Virus record (IMG/VR): IMGVR_UViG_2608642293_000001
Coordinates: 1-64,000 of that record
Length of the DNA: 64,000 bases
Strand: one strand, 5' to 3'
DNA from: a virus
Taxonomy: Duplodnaviria > Caudoviricetes
Shown here: positions 19,245-29,339 of the stretch, in pieces
Layout of the letters: every line of letters begins with the position of its first letter
Position numbering within the stretch: position 1 is the first letter of the stretch
Made by a program: the position numbers and the translations under genes
The notes under the pieces: generated by a model
Seen by the model: the letters and a program-made list of their open reading frames with translations, nothing else
The model's database searches: none
What the model was told of the DNA's origin: nothing

Positions 19245-19484
19245 GTAAAGTGTAAAGATTCTAAGAAAAACGTATTTAGTATGTTAAGTGGACAAGACTA
19301 TTTACTATATAACCTCTCATAAATTCTCAATCCCACTTTTATACCATAAAAATACCCTGTAAAGATGAAGGCTTAAGTTTATACTTGAGTGGTATGTAGT
19401 CGATATGGGGTATTTTTTATATTAAGTAAAGAGGAAAACACCAAACTTTGTATAATTATCTATATAGAGGAAGGTGAGAGAGTT

Positions 19485-20339
19485 ATGAAAGAAAAAATAC
19501 AAGAAGAATTACCTGAGTATCTATACAAGTACATGACATTTGAAAATTTTATTGACGTAATAGAAAATAAACGGTTATATTTAACCAATATAACTATGTG
19601 GGATGATGTATATGAAGGGAAAGCTATAGATGATTTTTTTAATTATGTAGATAATGATGGAGAAGATGAAGGCTTTATAAGAAATACAATCTATGCAGCC
19701 AAAAGATTTAAGTATGCACAATCTTGGAAATATGATGATGCGGATGAATCAGATGCAATGTGGCGAATATATAGTCCACAAAAAACCGGTGTCAGAATAA
19801 AGGTGAGCGCTAAAAAGGTTTATGATTCAATTATTGAACTTTTGACTGATACTAGCAAAATAATTTATTATTACGGACAAGATGGAACACAATATAGTAA
19901 AGATCTATTTTTATTTAACACACCTAATTATAAGAAAATAGAATATATAAAAAATATAGATTTCAAGAAATATAGAATCAATAAAGATGGAGAGAATATT
20001 GCGAGCAATTATGATTTTTATAGCATACCTTTTGAGTTTTATAAAAGGAAGGCCTTTATACATGAAAAAGAGTATAGATTTTCAATTCAAATAAATCCAG
20101 CAATAACTAGTATTATGCTCAGCAAAGATCAAAGAGACATAGAGGATATACTCAAAGAAAATGAATATCTTAAAGCGGTGTTACATTATGATTTTGAGAA
20201 TATCGACATTAAAGAAATATTGTTAGACCCAAGAACGCCAGAATATTTTATGGAAACATTTGATAAGTATTGCGAACATAGGGGATTAAAAGATAATGGG
20301 ACAGTTTGCAAAAAATCTGGATTATATACAATATATTAA
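19485..20339 (+). CDS. DUF2971-like protein, moron
   Basis: YLYKYM, WDDVYEG, ESDAMWRIYS, KRKAFIHEKEYR. Confidence 0.8.
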   Translation: MKEKIQEELPEYLYKYMTFENFIDVIENKRLYLTNITMWDDVYEGKAIDDFFNYVDNDGEDEGFIRNTIYAAKRFKYAQSWKYDDADESDAMWRIYSPQKTGVRIKVSAKKVYDSIIELLTDTSKIIYYYGQDGTQYSKDLFLFNTPNYKKIEYIKNIDFKKYRINKDGENIASNYDFYSIPFEFYKRKAFIHEKEYRFSIQINPAITSIMLSKDQRDIEDILKENEYLKAVLHYDFENIDIKEILLDPRTPEYFMETFDKYCEHRGLKDNGTVCKKSGLYTIY

Positions 20340-20442
20340 TTAAATGAGGATTCTAGAAATAAGGTTCTTTTGCTTTATTTGTAAGATTCAGAAGGAATTC
20401 ATCTCTTTTTGTATAATTAGTTCTATGGAGGGGTGAGACAAA

Positions 20443-20904
20443 GTGGATAAAATTTATATGTTTTGGAACGATAAAAATATTACTAAGGGAGATGCTATTA
20501 TTGTAGGAATAATATCTGCTATTGTTGCAGGCGTTGTTATTTTAGTTCTTCCTAACATGTATAATAAAGTCAAGAAGAAATTAAAAGAATTAAAAGACAC
20601 CTTAAAAGATAAAGTCAACATTGTGTTTGCAAAGCACAAAGAACGCAAACGATTTAAAAAGTTTGTAAAAGAATATAACAAGACCAATAAAGTACAAGAT
20701 AGTTCTTATTTATGGCTAATGTCTCTAAGTAATCTTACTAAGAAGCAACGGAAGGTAAGAGATCAAATAATGAATGATAATTTCAATGATTTGTATGAGA
20801 GGATTAAGGTTGGGCAAGAAAATATAAAGAAATATACAGCACAATATAAGCAAAATCAATCTAATATTATTGTTAATGACATTTTTAAGGATCCTAGGAA
20901 ATAG
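20443..20904 (+). CDS. Single-TM hypothetical protein, moron
   Basis: TM segment at aa ~18-36; own promoter-like motif and terminator. Confidence 0.7.
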   Translation: MDKIYMFWNDKNITKGDAIIVGIISAIVAGVVILVLPNMYNKVKKKLKELKDTLKDKVNIVFAKHKERKRFKKFVKEYNKTNKVQDSSYLWLMSLSNLTKKQRKVRDQIMNDNFNDLYERIKVGQENIKKYTAQYKQNQSNIIVNDIFKDPRK

Positions 20905-20954
20905 GGTTCTTTTTTATGCAATAAATGGACTAAATTTAGAAAGGAGACTATAAC

Positions 20955-21137
20955 ATGAAAAAGAAACTAATCCTAAATTTAAAATTCAATAACCAAGGAC
21001 AAGTGGAGTGTAGTAAGTCTCCTAGTCTATGCAAAGAGTGTAATATAAAAGGTTGTGAACATATGACCTTATATTATTATCCATATAGTAAGAAAGAGAT
21101 AGAAGAATGTTTTAAAAATAGTGATAGAAGAACATGA
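20955..21137 (+). CDS. Small Cys-containing protein before terminase
   Basis: AAGGAG RBS. Confidence 0.55.
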   Translation: MKKKLILNLKFNNQGQVECSKSPSLCKECNIKGCEHMTLYYYPYSKKEIEECFKNSDRRT

Positions 21138-21158
21138 TGGAGGTGGTGACAATGAGAG

Positions 21159-22055
21159 ATGGCTAGACAAAGAAGTCCAAACAGAGATAAAGCTCTTGAA
21201 ATATATAAGGAACATAAAGGTAATATAACAAATAGAGAGATTGCAAGCATACTGAATGAAGACGAAAAGAAGATTGCAGTATGGAAACAAAGAGATAAAT
21301 GGGATAACGATTCTAATGTTGTACAACAAAAAAATAAATGTTGTACAACAAATAAAAATACCAGTAAAAAAACTAAAAAGAATAGTAATCAAGAGCCTAT
21401 TGCGGATGAAATTAAAGAAGTATTAGAAAATACTAAATTAAATGATAAGCAAAGGCTTTTTTGTGTTATATATGCTAAGAGAATGAATGCAACTAAAGCA
21501 TATCAGCAAGCTTATCATTGTTCATATGAAACAGCTATGGTAAATGGTTGTAACTTGCTAAGAAATCCTAAGATAAAAGAACAGGTAGATAGACTTACAG
21601 CGCTAGAACTTAATAAAGAGTTCTTGAGTAGAGGTGTCATTCAAAAGTATATTGATATTGCATTTGCTGATATTACTGATTATGTGCAGTTTGGACAAGA
21701 TTATTATGTAGTTAAAGATAAAGAGGGCCATCCTATGTTAGATGATGAAGGTAATGTTATTACTAAACCTTATAACTATGTGAGACTTGGAGAAAGTAAT
21801 CAAGTTGATGGCACTTTAATATCAGAAATAAGCGAGGGTAAAGATGGAGTTAAGATTAAACTTGCTGATAAGATGAAAGCTTTAGACTTTCTGACTAAAC
21901 ATTGCAATTTATTATCTGATGAAGAAAGAATTAAACTTGATATTGAAAACAAGAAGCTTCAAAATGCAAAACTGGGAGTTGAAATTGAAAGATTAAAGGG
22001 AAATAAAAATACAAATAAAGATGTTGTTCAGATAGTGGATGATATAGATGATTAA
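21159..22055 (+). CDS. terS: Terminase small subunit
   Basis: MARQRSPNRDKA HTH; KQRLFC...NATKAY; KIKLADKMKAL. Confidence 0.95.
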   Translation: MARQRSPNRDKALEIYKEHKGNITNREIASILNEDEKKIAVWKQRDKWDNDSNVVQQKNKCCTTNKNTSKKTKKNSNQEPIADEIKEVLENTKLNDKQRLFCVIYAKRMNATKAYQQAYHCSYETAMVNGCNLLRNPKIKEQVDRLTALELNKEFLSRGVIQKYIDIAFADITDYVQFGQDYYVVKDKEGHPMLDDEGNVITKPYNYVRLGESNQVDGTLISEISEGKDGVKIKLADKMKALDFLTKHCNLLSDEERIKLDIENKKLQNAKLGVEIERLKGNKNTNKDVVQIVDDIDD

Positions 22056-23331
22056 AGTTAAATTAAGGTCAATAATAGCTCCAAGTTTCTATGATGCACA
22101 TAAAGATATCAAGCAAGGTTTGCATACACATTACTGGTTTAAAGGTGGTAGAGGTTCTACTAAATCATCATTTATTTCCATTGAAATTGTTCTGAATATG
22201 ATGAAAGATGCTCAGGAAGGAATAATGTCTAATGCATTAATTCTAAGGAGAGTAAAGGATACATTATCAGAATCGGTTAGAGATCAAATAAAATGGGCAA
22301 TTGATATTTTAGGCGTTAGTGATGAATGGCATGTACCAGAAAGTAAATTAACTATAATATATAAGCCTACTGGTCAAGTTATTAGATTTAAAGGTGCTGA
22401 TAATCCAAAGAAGGTTAAATCGACTAAGGTACCTAAAGGATATATAAAGTATATCTGGTATGAAGAAGTAGATGAATTTGAAGGATATGATAAGATTAGG
22501 AACATTAATCAATCATTAATGAGAGGTGGTCCTAAATTTTTTGTCTTTTATTCATTTAATCCACCAGAGAGCCAAAGAAACTGGAGCAATATGGAGGTCT
22601 TAGAAGAAAGATCAGATAAGTTTATTCATCACAGTACTTATTTAACTGTTTCTAAGGACTGGCTTGGAGAACAATTTATAATTGAAGCTGAACACCTTAA
22701 AAAAGTCAATTCTACTAAGTATGAACACGATTATTTAGGAGCTGTAACTGGAACAGGTGGAGAAGTATTTAGAAATATTACTGTTAGAGAAATAACTGAT
22801 GAAGAAATAGATATATTTGATAGGTTAAAGAATGGATTAGATTTTGGATATGCAGCTGATCCATTAGCATATGTTTTAATGCATTATGATAAGACTAGAA
22901 AGAAATTATACATTTTTGGTCAAGTCTATAAAATACAGTTAAGTAATAGTAAAGCTGTAGAAGAAATTAAAAAGTTAAATCCGTTAAATAAAAAGATAAC
23001 AGCAGATAGTGCAGAACCAAGAACAATAAATGAATTCAAAAATCTTGGGCTTAATATAATAGGTGCTAAGAAAGGCCCTGATAGTGTAGAACATGGTATT
23101 AAGTTCTTAAGTGAAGAAATAGAAGAAATAATAATAGATCCTATTAAATGTCCTGATGTTAAACGAGAGTTCTTGGGATATGAAATTGAAAAAGATAAAG
23201 ATGGTAATTTCAAAGGAGAATATCCGGATAAAAATAACCATACTATTGATGCTGTTAGATATGGAATGGAAGATGAAATAATCAATAACAAATTAAAAGT
23301 TAAAAACAAATCTAAGTTAGGATTGAGGTGA
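22048..23331 (+). CDS. terL: PBSX-family terminase large subunit
   Basis: KGGRGSTKS Walker A, WYEE Walker B, SFNPP, GLDFG, NHTIDAVRY. Confidence 0.97.
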   Translation: MIKVKLRSIIAPSFYDAHKDIKQGLHTHYWFKGGRGSTKSSFISIEIVLNMMKDAQEGIMSNALILRRVKDTLSESVRDQIKWAIDILGVSDEWHVPESKLTIIYKPTGQVIRFKGADNPKKVKSTKVPKGYIKYIWYEEVDEFEGYDKIRNINQSLMRGGPKFFVFYSFNPPESQRNWSNMEVLEERSDKFIHHSTYLTVSKDWLGEQFIIEAEHLKKVNSTKYEHDYLGAVTGTGGEVFRNITVREITDEEIDIFDRLKNGLDFGYAADPLAYVLMHYDKTRKKLYIFGQVYKIQLSNSKAVEEIKKLNPLNKKITADSAEPRTINEFKNLGLNIIGAKKGPDSVEHGIKFLSEEIEEIIIDPIKCPDVKREFLGYEIEKDKDGNFKGEYPDKNNHTIDAVRYGMEDEIINNKLKVKNKSKLGLR

Positions 23332-23335
23332 TAAT

Positions 23336-24724
23336 GTGGCAATTATAAAAGATAGAGATTTACTTAATGAAGATGGCTCAGTGCCAATAGAATTATTAAC
23401 TAAGTGTATAGAAAATCACTTAGCAATGATAGATAGATTTGATTTGCTTAATAAATATTATGATGGGAAACACAAAATATTAAATAGAACTTTGAGTAAT
23501 GATAAATTACCCAATAATAAAATAGTTGCTAATCATGCTCAATATATTTCAGATATGGCTACAGGATATGTATTCGGAGTTCCAGTTAGTTATACTGGCA
23601 ATGGTGATAAAGAGTTAAATGATTTGTTTACCAATATAGATGAGGATGGACATAATAATGATTTAGCATTAGATATGTCTATATTTGGAGTAGCTTATGA
23701 GCTTATGTATATGAGTGATGAAGAAGTTCCTACACCAGAATTAGCAATAATAAGCCCTAGAAATGCATTCTTAGTTGCTGATAATACAGTTAAGCATAAA
23801 CCTATGTTTGCTGTGACGTATTATGAAAAAAGAGATATTAGTGATACTTTAAAGGGATATAATGTTAATGTCTATACTGATAAAGAGATCTTATATTATT
23901 TCTTTAATGACTTATCCAGTACAGCACCAAAAGAAATAGACTTAGATGAACACTTTTTTGGAGAAGTTCCAATAATAGAATATCAAAATAATAAAAAGTT
24001 AAGAGGAGATTTTGAAGGTGTAATAACTCTTATAGATGCATATAACTTACTACAATCTGATAGAGTAAATGACAAAGAACAGGTTGTTGATGCGTTGCTT
24101 GCTATAATAGGCGCAAGTCTTGGTGATGATGAAGAAGAAATGACTAAAACTGCAAAGTTACTTAAGGAAATGAAGATAATAGAACTTCCGCCTGATGGTG
24201 ATGCTAAATGGCTAGTAAAACAGCTAAATGAGACTGAAATAGAGGTCCTCAAAAAAGCATTGAAAGATGATATTCACGAATTTTCTAAAGTTCCATGTCT
24301 CACAGATGAAAACTTCGTGGGAAATTCCAGCGGTATTGCAATGAAGTACAAGTTATTTGGAATGGAGCAACTAGGAAAAACTAAAGAAAGGTACTTTAAA
24401 AGAGGTCTAAGGCAAAGGCTTAAACTTATAGAGAATGTACAAAAGATTAAAGCCAAAGATTTTAAAGCTAATGATATAGATATTACGATGAAGCGCTCTC
24501 TTCCAGTGGATGATGAATTATTAGCTAAAATAGCTCAGGAAACAGAAGGATTTATTAGTTGGGAAACAAGAGTTAAGAGATATGATCCAGATATTGATGT
24601 TGAGGCAGAAAGAAAGAGGCTTGATGAAGAAAATCAAAAGAACATGGAACAGAAACAAAAGGCTTTTGGTTCATATGATTTTAAGAATGTTGGAAATAAC
24701 AAAGAAGATGACTTAGATGAATAG
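23336..24724 (+). CDS. SPP1 gp6-like portal protein
   Basis: YYDGKH, GYVFGVPV, GDFEGVITLIDAY, SGIAMKYKL. Confidence 0.95.
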   Translation: MAIIKDRDLLNEDGSVPIELLTKCIENHLAMIDRFDLLNKYYDGKHKILNRTLSNDKLPNNKIVANHAQYISDMATGYVFGVPVSYTGNGDKELNDLFTNIDEDGHNNDLALDMSIFGVAYELMYMSDEEVPTPELAIISPRNAFLVADNTVKHKPMFAVTYYEKRDISDTLKGYNVNVYTDKEILYYFFNDLSSTAPKEIDLDEHFFGEVPIIEYQNNKKLRGDFEGVITLIDAYNLLQSDRVNDKEQVVDALLAIIGASLGDDEEEMTKTAKLLKEMKIIELPPDGDAKWLVKQLNETEIEVLKKALKDDIHEFSKVPCLTDENFVGNSSGIAMKYKLFGMEQLGKTKERYFKRGLRQRLKLIENVQKIKAKDFKANDIDITMKRSLPVDDELLAKIAQETEGFISWETRVKRYDPDIDVEAERKRLDEENQKNMEQKQKAFGSYDFKNVGNNKEDDLDE

Positions 24725-26330
24725 GGAAACTAAGTATTGGAGAAAAAGAGCTAATCTTCGAATGGATGAATATCATAAGAATAGCGATACTGCTATTGCA
24801 TTAATTGTAAATGCATATGATAAAGCTATGCAGGATATAAATGATGATATTAAGAAGATATTCTATAGGTTTGCCAAGAATGGCAAGATTACTGAGAGTG
24901 AAGCTAGGGAATTATTGAACTCCAATATATCTCAAAGAGAATTAGAGAGCATTAGAAGCAAGGTTGGTCAAATTCAAGATGAAGATTTAAAAGCATATAT
25001 GTTAGCTCAACTTAACATGAAAGCTTATAAGGCAAGAATAACTAGATTAGAAGCATTAAAAGAAAGCATTTATATTAATTGTAAAATTGCAGCTGATACA
25101 GAGATTAAACAAAGTACATTAAGCTATATAGATAATATGAATAATGCTTATCATAGAAACATATATGATATACAGAAGGGAACTGGATTAGGTTTTTCTT
25201 TTGCAGAAATGCCAACTGATACAATAGAGGAAATCTTAAAGAACAATTGGAGTGGAAAACACTACAGTAAAAGAATATGGCATAATACAGATATTCTAGC
25301 AGATAAATTAGCAGAGACAATTACATCTGGGCTGATGAGTGGCCAAAGCTCCAGGAGAATGGCAAAAGAAATTGAAGATTTGTCTGATGATGGTAAATAT
25401 GCTGCAGAAAGATTAATAAGAACAGAGACTACTTATGTATGTAATATGGCTGAAATAGAAAGTTATAAAGAATGTGATATACAAAAGTATGTGTTTGTTG
25501 CTACTTTAGATTTAAGAACTTCACAAATATGTAGAGAACATGATAAAAAGCTTTATGAAGTTTCTAAAGCAGTACCAGGAGAAAATCTTCCACCACTTCA
25601 TCCTCACTGTAGAAGTACAACTATAGCATACAGAGATGAAGAAACTCTTAATAATTTACAAAGAAGAGCAAGAGATCCTGAAACAGGAAAGTCTTATATA
25701 TTACCGCATAACATGAGCTATAATGAATGGTATAAAAAATATGTGGTTGAAAAACATGGTGCTAAAAAAGCTGAAATATTTGAAAAGATGATTAAGAATA
25801 AATCTTCAGATAGAAAAATGTACAAAGAATATAAAGCAATTATAGGAGAAAATAATATTGAATCCTTTGAAGAATTCAGAAAAACGAAGTATAATAAAAG
25901 TAATGAATGGCAAACTATGAAGGATTATTATAAAGCTAGAACTCAAGGTAATATTTCAGCATTTTCAAGTTATGGAGATTATAAATCAGTTATTAATGAA
26001 CTTAGTAACAAGCTTATTGGAATTAAAACATCTGATGGAATTGAAATAAAAAGTTATTCTAAACATATGATTGATAGAATTTTAGGAACTAGTAATGATC
26101 CTAAAACTGGATTACCTAGAAGTGGTACAACCGTGGAAGGGGTGCTAGATGCTTTAAGGAATCCAATTAAAATAACTGAAACTAAAGCTAGAAAGCTTGA
26201 TAAAATAGCAGAAACAAGTAAAAAATATATAGGCGAAAAATCAACGGTTTCAATTAATCCTAATACGGGAAATCTAATACAAAGCAATCCAACAGATAAA
26301 GATAAAGTAAGGAGGTTAAAAAGTGTATAA
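24717..26330 (+). CDS. MuF / SPP1 gp7-like minor head protein with C-terminal putative nuclease toxin extension
   Basis: RLIRTE, ATLDLRTSQIC and PPLHPHCRST define MuF. The ~190-aa extension ends SKHMIDR...TVSINPNTGNLIQSNP. Confidence 0.85.
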   Translation: MNRETKYWRKRANLRMDEYHKNSDTAIALIVNAYDKAMQDINDDIKKIFYRFAKNGKITESEARELLNSNISQRELESIRSKVGQIQDEDLKAYMLAQLNMKAYKARITRLEALKESIYINCKIAADTEIKQSTLSYIDNMNNAYHRNIYDIQKGTGLGFSFAEMPTDTIEEILKNNWSGKHYSKRIWHNTDILADKLAETITSGLMSGQSSRRMAKEIEDLSDDGKYAAERLIRTETTYVCNMAEIESYKECDIQKYVFVATLDLRTSQICREHDKKLYEVSKAVPGENLPPLHPHCRSTTIAYRDEETLNNLQRRARDPETGKSYILPHNMSYNEWYKKYVVEKHGAKKAEIFEKMIKNKSSDRKMYKEYKAIIGENNIESFEEFRKTKYNKSNEWQTMKDYYKARTQGNISAFSSYGDYKSVINELSNKLIGIKTSDGIEIKSYSKHMIDRILGTSNDPKTGLPRSGTTVEGVLDALRNPIKITETKARKLDKIAETSKKYIGEKSTVSINPNTGNLIQSNPTDKDKVRRLKSV

Positions 26331-26589
26331 CATATTTTTGGATAAAAACTTATTTAGTTATCTAATTGAAAATCTAAATGATGAAGAAATAAAAAAAGCG
26401 ATAAGTAAAAACAATGAAGAGAACGACAATGTGCATTTTGAAATAGATGTAGATACTAAAATTGACTTGTTAGATTATATTGAGGATTTACAATTAGAAA
26501 TTGGTTTTGATAATGAAGATTATTTAAATGAAGATGGTAAAAAAATTCAAGAAATATATGATCAGGTTTATAAGCAAACCAATAAATAG
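26323..26589 (+). CDS. Small acidic protein, candidate immunity for the MuF toxin
   Basis: Overlaps the MuF stop; strongly acidic; terminator follows. Confidence 0.6.
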   Translation: MYNIFLDKNLFSYLIENLNDEEIKKAISKNNEENDNVHFEIDVDTKIDLLDYIEDLQLEIGFDNEDYLNEDGKKIQEIYDQVYKQTNK

Positions 26590-26620
26590 CACTTACTTAA
26601 TAAATAGGTAGGTGCTTTTA
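26588..26620 (+). terminator. Intrinsic terminator
   Basis: AGCACTTACTT/AGGTAGGTGCT hairpin plus T tract. Confidence 0.75.
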
Positions 26621-26912
26621 TTATTTCTAAAATTAAGGTTGTGATGTTGTGGAACTATTAAAAGAATATTTTTCTGCTTTAAACCAACTTCCTAAAGTAA
26701 TTAAAAGTTGGTTTGGCTTTTAGTATGTTCGGAATCAAAATGAATAATATGCAGAAATGTTAAGCATAAAAATACAATAAACAATGCATAAATGAATAAA
26801 AGTGCCTAAAATTACGATAAAATACTTGAAAAATTAATAAAATATACAGATTTATTTCGCTAAATAGTATTTTTACGAAATTATAAAGCAAAGAAAGGGA
26901 TGATATTATAGT

Positions 26913-27299
26913 ATGAAATTTACATTGAAATCAAAAGATTATACGCACCAACAAATATTACTTGATGATAAAGATATATCTGATAGAGTTGTAGGCGCTG
27001 AAATAAATATAAGTGCTGGATGTGTTCCGACTGTAGCTCTTGAACTTAGACCAGATAATATTGAAGTTGATGGAGATTTTGACATATTTAAAGATGTGCC
27101 TAAACTTTGTTGTGTCGGTGATTATGGAAATACAGAAATGGTTCAATCAGCAAATAATACAGATTGGATTTTAAATTTATCAAAAAAGATTGCACAAGAA
27201 TGCTATAAAAATATTGATACGAACAATAATGTTGTAGTCCACATTGATGAAGAAACCATTAGTAAAGCCATAATAAATAACTTTAAAAGGAAAGTTTAA
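26913..27299 (+). CDS. Hypothetical protein
   Basis: ORF with AAAGGGA RBS. Confidence 0.65.
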   Translation: MKFTLKSKDYTHQQILLDDKDISDRVVGAEINISAGCVPTVALELRPDNIEVDGDFDIFKDVPKLCCVGDYGNTEMVQSANNTDWILNLSKKIAQECYKNIDTNNNVVVHIDEETISKAIINNFKRKV

Positions 27300-27430
27300 A
27301 GAGGTGATCTAATTATCTCGCAAAGCCAGCGTTAAGGCTTTTTTCTTTTGTCCGAAATGACGTGAAACTATTGAAACTATAAATAATGAACGATATGGGG
27401 CAATAGCAATGTATCGGGCGAGGAGGATAT

Positions 27431-28132
27431 ATGTTTATACAAAATGCAAATCTAAGGAAAAGATTAGGATTGGGAAGATTACTTGAAGCAGATGGAGGTG
27501 CTGGAGGAACTGGAGCAGGTGGAGATAATTCAACTGGTACAGGAGAAGGCGCAGAAGGTAATGATTCAGGTGCAGGAGATAATTCTGAAGGAGAACTAGG
27601 CTCAGAGGGAGATAAAACTTTTGATGATATATTGAAAGATAAAAAGTACCAAAGTGAGTTTGATAAAAGAATTGCTAAAGCTCTTGAAACAGCTAAAAGT
27701 AAATGGGAAGTAGATTATAATCAAAAATTAGAAGATGCCAAAACAGAAGCTGAAAAGCTTGCAGCGATGACAGCTAATGAAAAAGCTAAGTATGAAGCTC
27801 AAAAAGCAAAAGAAGCTGAAGAAAAAAGAGTAGCTGAATTAAATGATGATTTGGCAAAGAGAGAAAGAGAAATAACTATTAGAGAATTAAAAGCACAGGC
27901 TTATGAAACTCTAGCTGAAAAAGGAATACCTAAAGAGTTGGTTGACATTCTTAATTATGAAAGTGCTGATACTTGCAATAAAAGTATTGAATCAGTACAA
28001 AAAGCATTTCAAACAGCAGTAGAAAAAGCTGTAAATGAAAGATTAAGAGGAAATGGAGCTCCAAAAGGTGGTCAAGGTAAAGAAAATACATTAGAAGCTC
28101 AAATAGCAAAAGCTGTAAGAGGTCAAATATAA
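27431..28132 (+). CDS. Capsid scaffolding protein (DUF4355-like)
   Basis: Gly-rich N-terminus, YQSEFDKRIAKAL, AVNERLRG; precedes the capsid gene. Confidence 0.9.
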   Translation: MFIQNANLRKRLGLGRLLEADGGAGGTGAGGDNSTGTGEGAEGNDSGAGDNSEGELGSEGDKTFDDILKDKKYQSEFDKRIAKALETAKSKWEVDYNQKLEDAKTEAEKLAAMTANEKAKYEAQKAKEAEEKRVAELNDDLAKREREITIRELKAQAYETLAEKGIPKELVDILNYESADTCNKSIESVQKAFQTAVEKAVNERLRGNGAPKGGQGKENTLEAQIAKAVRGQI

Positions 28133-28155
28133 TTAATGAAAAGAGGATGATATAA

Positions 28156-29073
28156 ATGGCAGTAAATACTATTGAATATTCAACTATAATGCAAAATCAA
28201 TTAGATTTGGCAGCTATTCAAGAATCTTGTACAGGCTGGATGGATGCTAACGCAGGACAAGTAAAATATAGTGGTGGTGATGAAGTTAAAATACCTACAC
28301 TAGCAATGGAAGGATTAGCGGACTATCAGAGAGCAGGCAATAAGGGATTTGTAGATGGAGCATTGGAATATAAATATAATACTTATAAGATGACTCAAGA
28401 TAGAGGTAGATCATTTGGAATTGATAAGAATGATGTTGATGAATCTGGATTCGTTTTAACAGCTTCAACTATAATGGGAGAGTTCCAAAGAGAACATGTT
28501 ATACCTGAAATAGATGCATATAGAATCTCTAAGTTAGCAGCTACAGCAATATCAGCAACTACTATGGTCGAAGATGCATATACTCCTGAATCAGACACAA
28601 TAATTAAAAAAATGAAATTAGGGGTTAAAGAAATAAGAAAGCAAGGTTTTAACGGAGCCTTAGTAATAATGCTTTCTTATGATGCACAAATGGAATATGA
28701 GTTAGCAATGGCTAATAAGATATCTGCTCAAAGTTTTACAGCAGGTGGATTCAACACTCAATGTCCTTTTATGGATGGTATTCCACTATTAGCAGTACCA
28801 GACAATAGAATGTATACAACTATTCAACTCTATGATGGTGTAACAGATGGACAAACAGCAGGTGGATATATAAAAGGAACTGATTCTAAAGATATCAATT
28901 TTATTATATGCCCTAAATCAACTCCGATTGCAGTATCAAAGCAAGATGATCTAAGAATATTTGATCCAACTGTAAACCAAAAATTCAGTGGTTGGTCTAT
29001 GGATTACAGAAGATATCATGAATTATGGGTTAAGAAGAATCAAGAAAAATCAATTTATCTTAATACTAAGTAA
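28156..29073 (+). CDS. Major capsid protein
   Basis: GGDEVKIP...GLADY, TQDRGRSF.ID, VIPEIDAYR, YRRYHELWV. Confidence 0.92.
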   Translation: MAVNTIEYSTIMQNQLDLAAIQESCTGWMDANAGQVKYSGGDEVKIPTLAMEGLADYQRAGNKGFVDGALEYKYNTYKMTQDRGRSFGIDKNDVDESGFVLTASTIMGEFQREHVIPEIDAYRISKLAATAISATTMVEDAYTPESDTIIKKMKLGVKEIRKQGFNGALVIMLSYDAQMEYELAMANKISAQSFTAGGFNTQCPFMDGIPLLAVPDNRMYTTIQLYDGVTDGQTAGGYIKGTDSKDINFIICPKSTPIAVSKQDDLRIFDPTVNQKFSGWSMDYRRYHELWVKKNQEKSIYLNTK

Positions 29074-29087
29074 GGAGAGAATTTGTT

Positions 29088-29324
29088 ATGGGATTTAGGC
29101 TAAAAAGAGATAATGTAGAACGTGTTGTTGAGAAAGAATTTGAAAGAGAGTCCTTACTTAATGATGGCTATAAATTGTTAGAAGAGAAGCAAGATCAGTC
29201 TACAACTGATTTCAATCAATTAACTGTGGACCAATTAAAAGAGTTAGCTAAAGAAAAGAACATAGAAGGCATTTCTAATATGAAAAAAGAGGATTTAATT
29301 AAGGCTTTAGAAGGTGGAAAATAA
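29088..29324 (+). CDS. Rho-N/HeH domain head-associated protein
   Basis: LTVDQLKELAKEKNIEGISNMKKEDLIKAL. Confidence 0.8.
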   Translation: MGFRLKRDNVERVVEKEFERESLLNDGYKLLEEKQDQSTTDFNQLTVDQLKELAKEKNIEGISNMKKEDLIKALEGGK

Positions 29325-29339
29325 TCCATCTTCTTTTAT

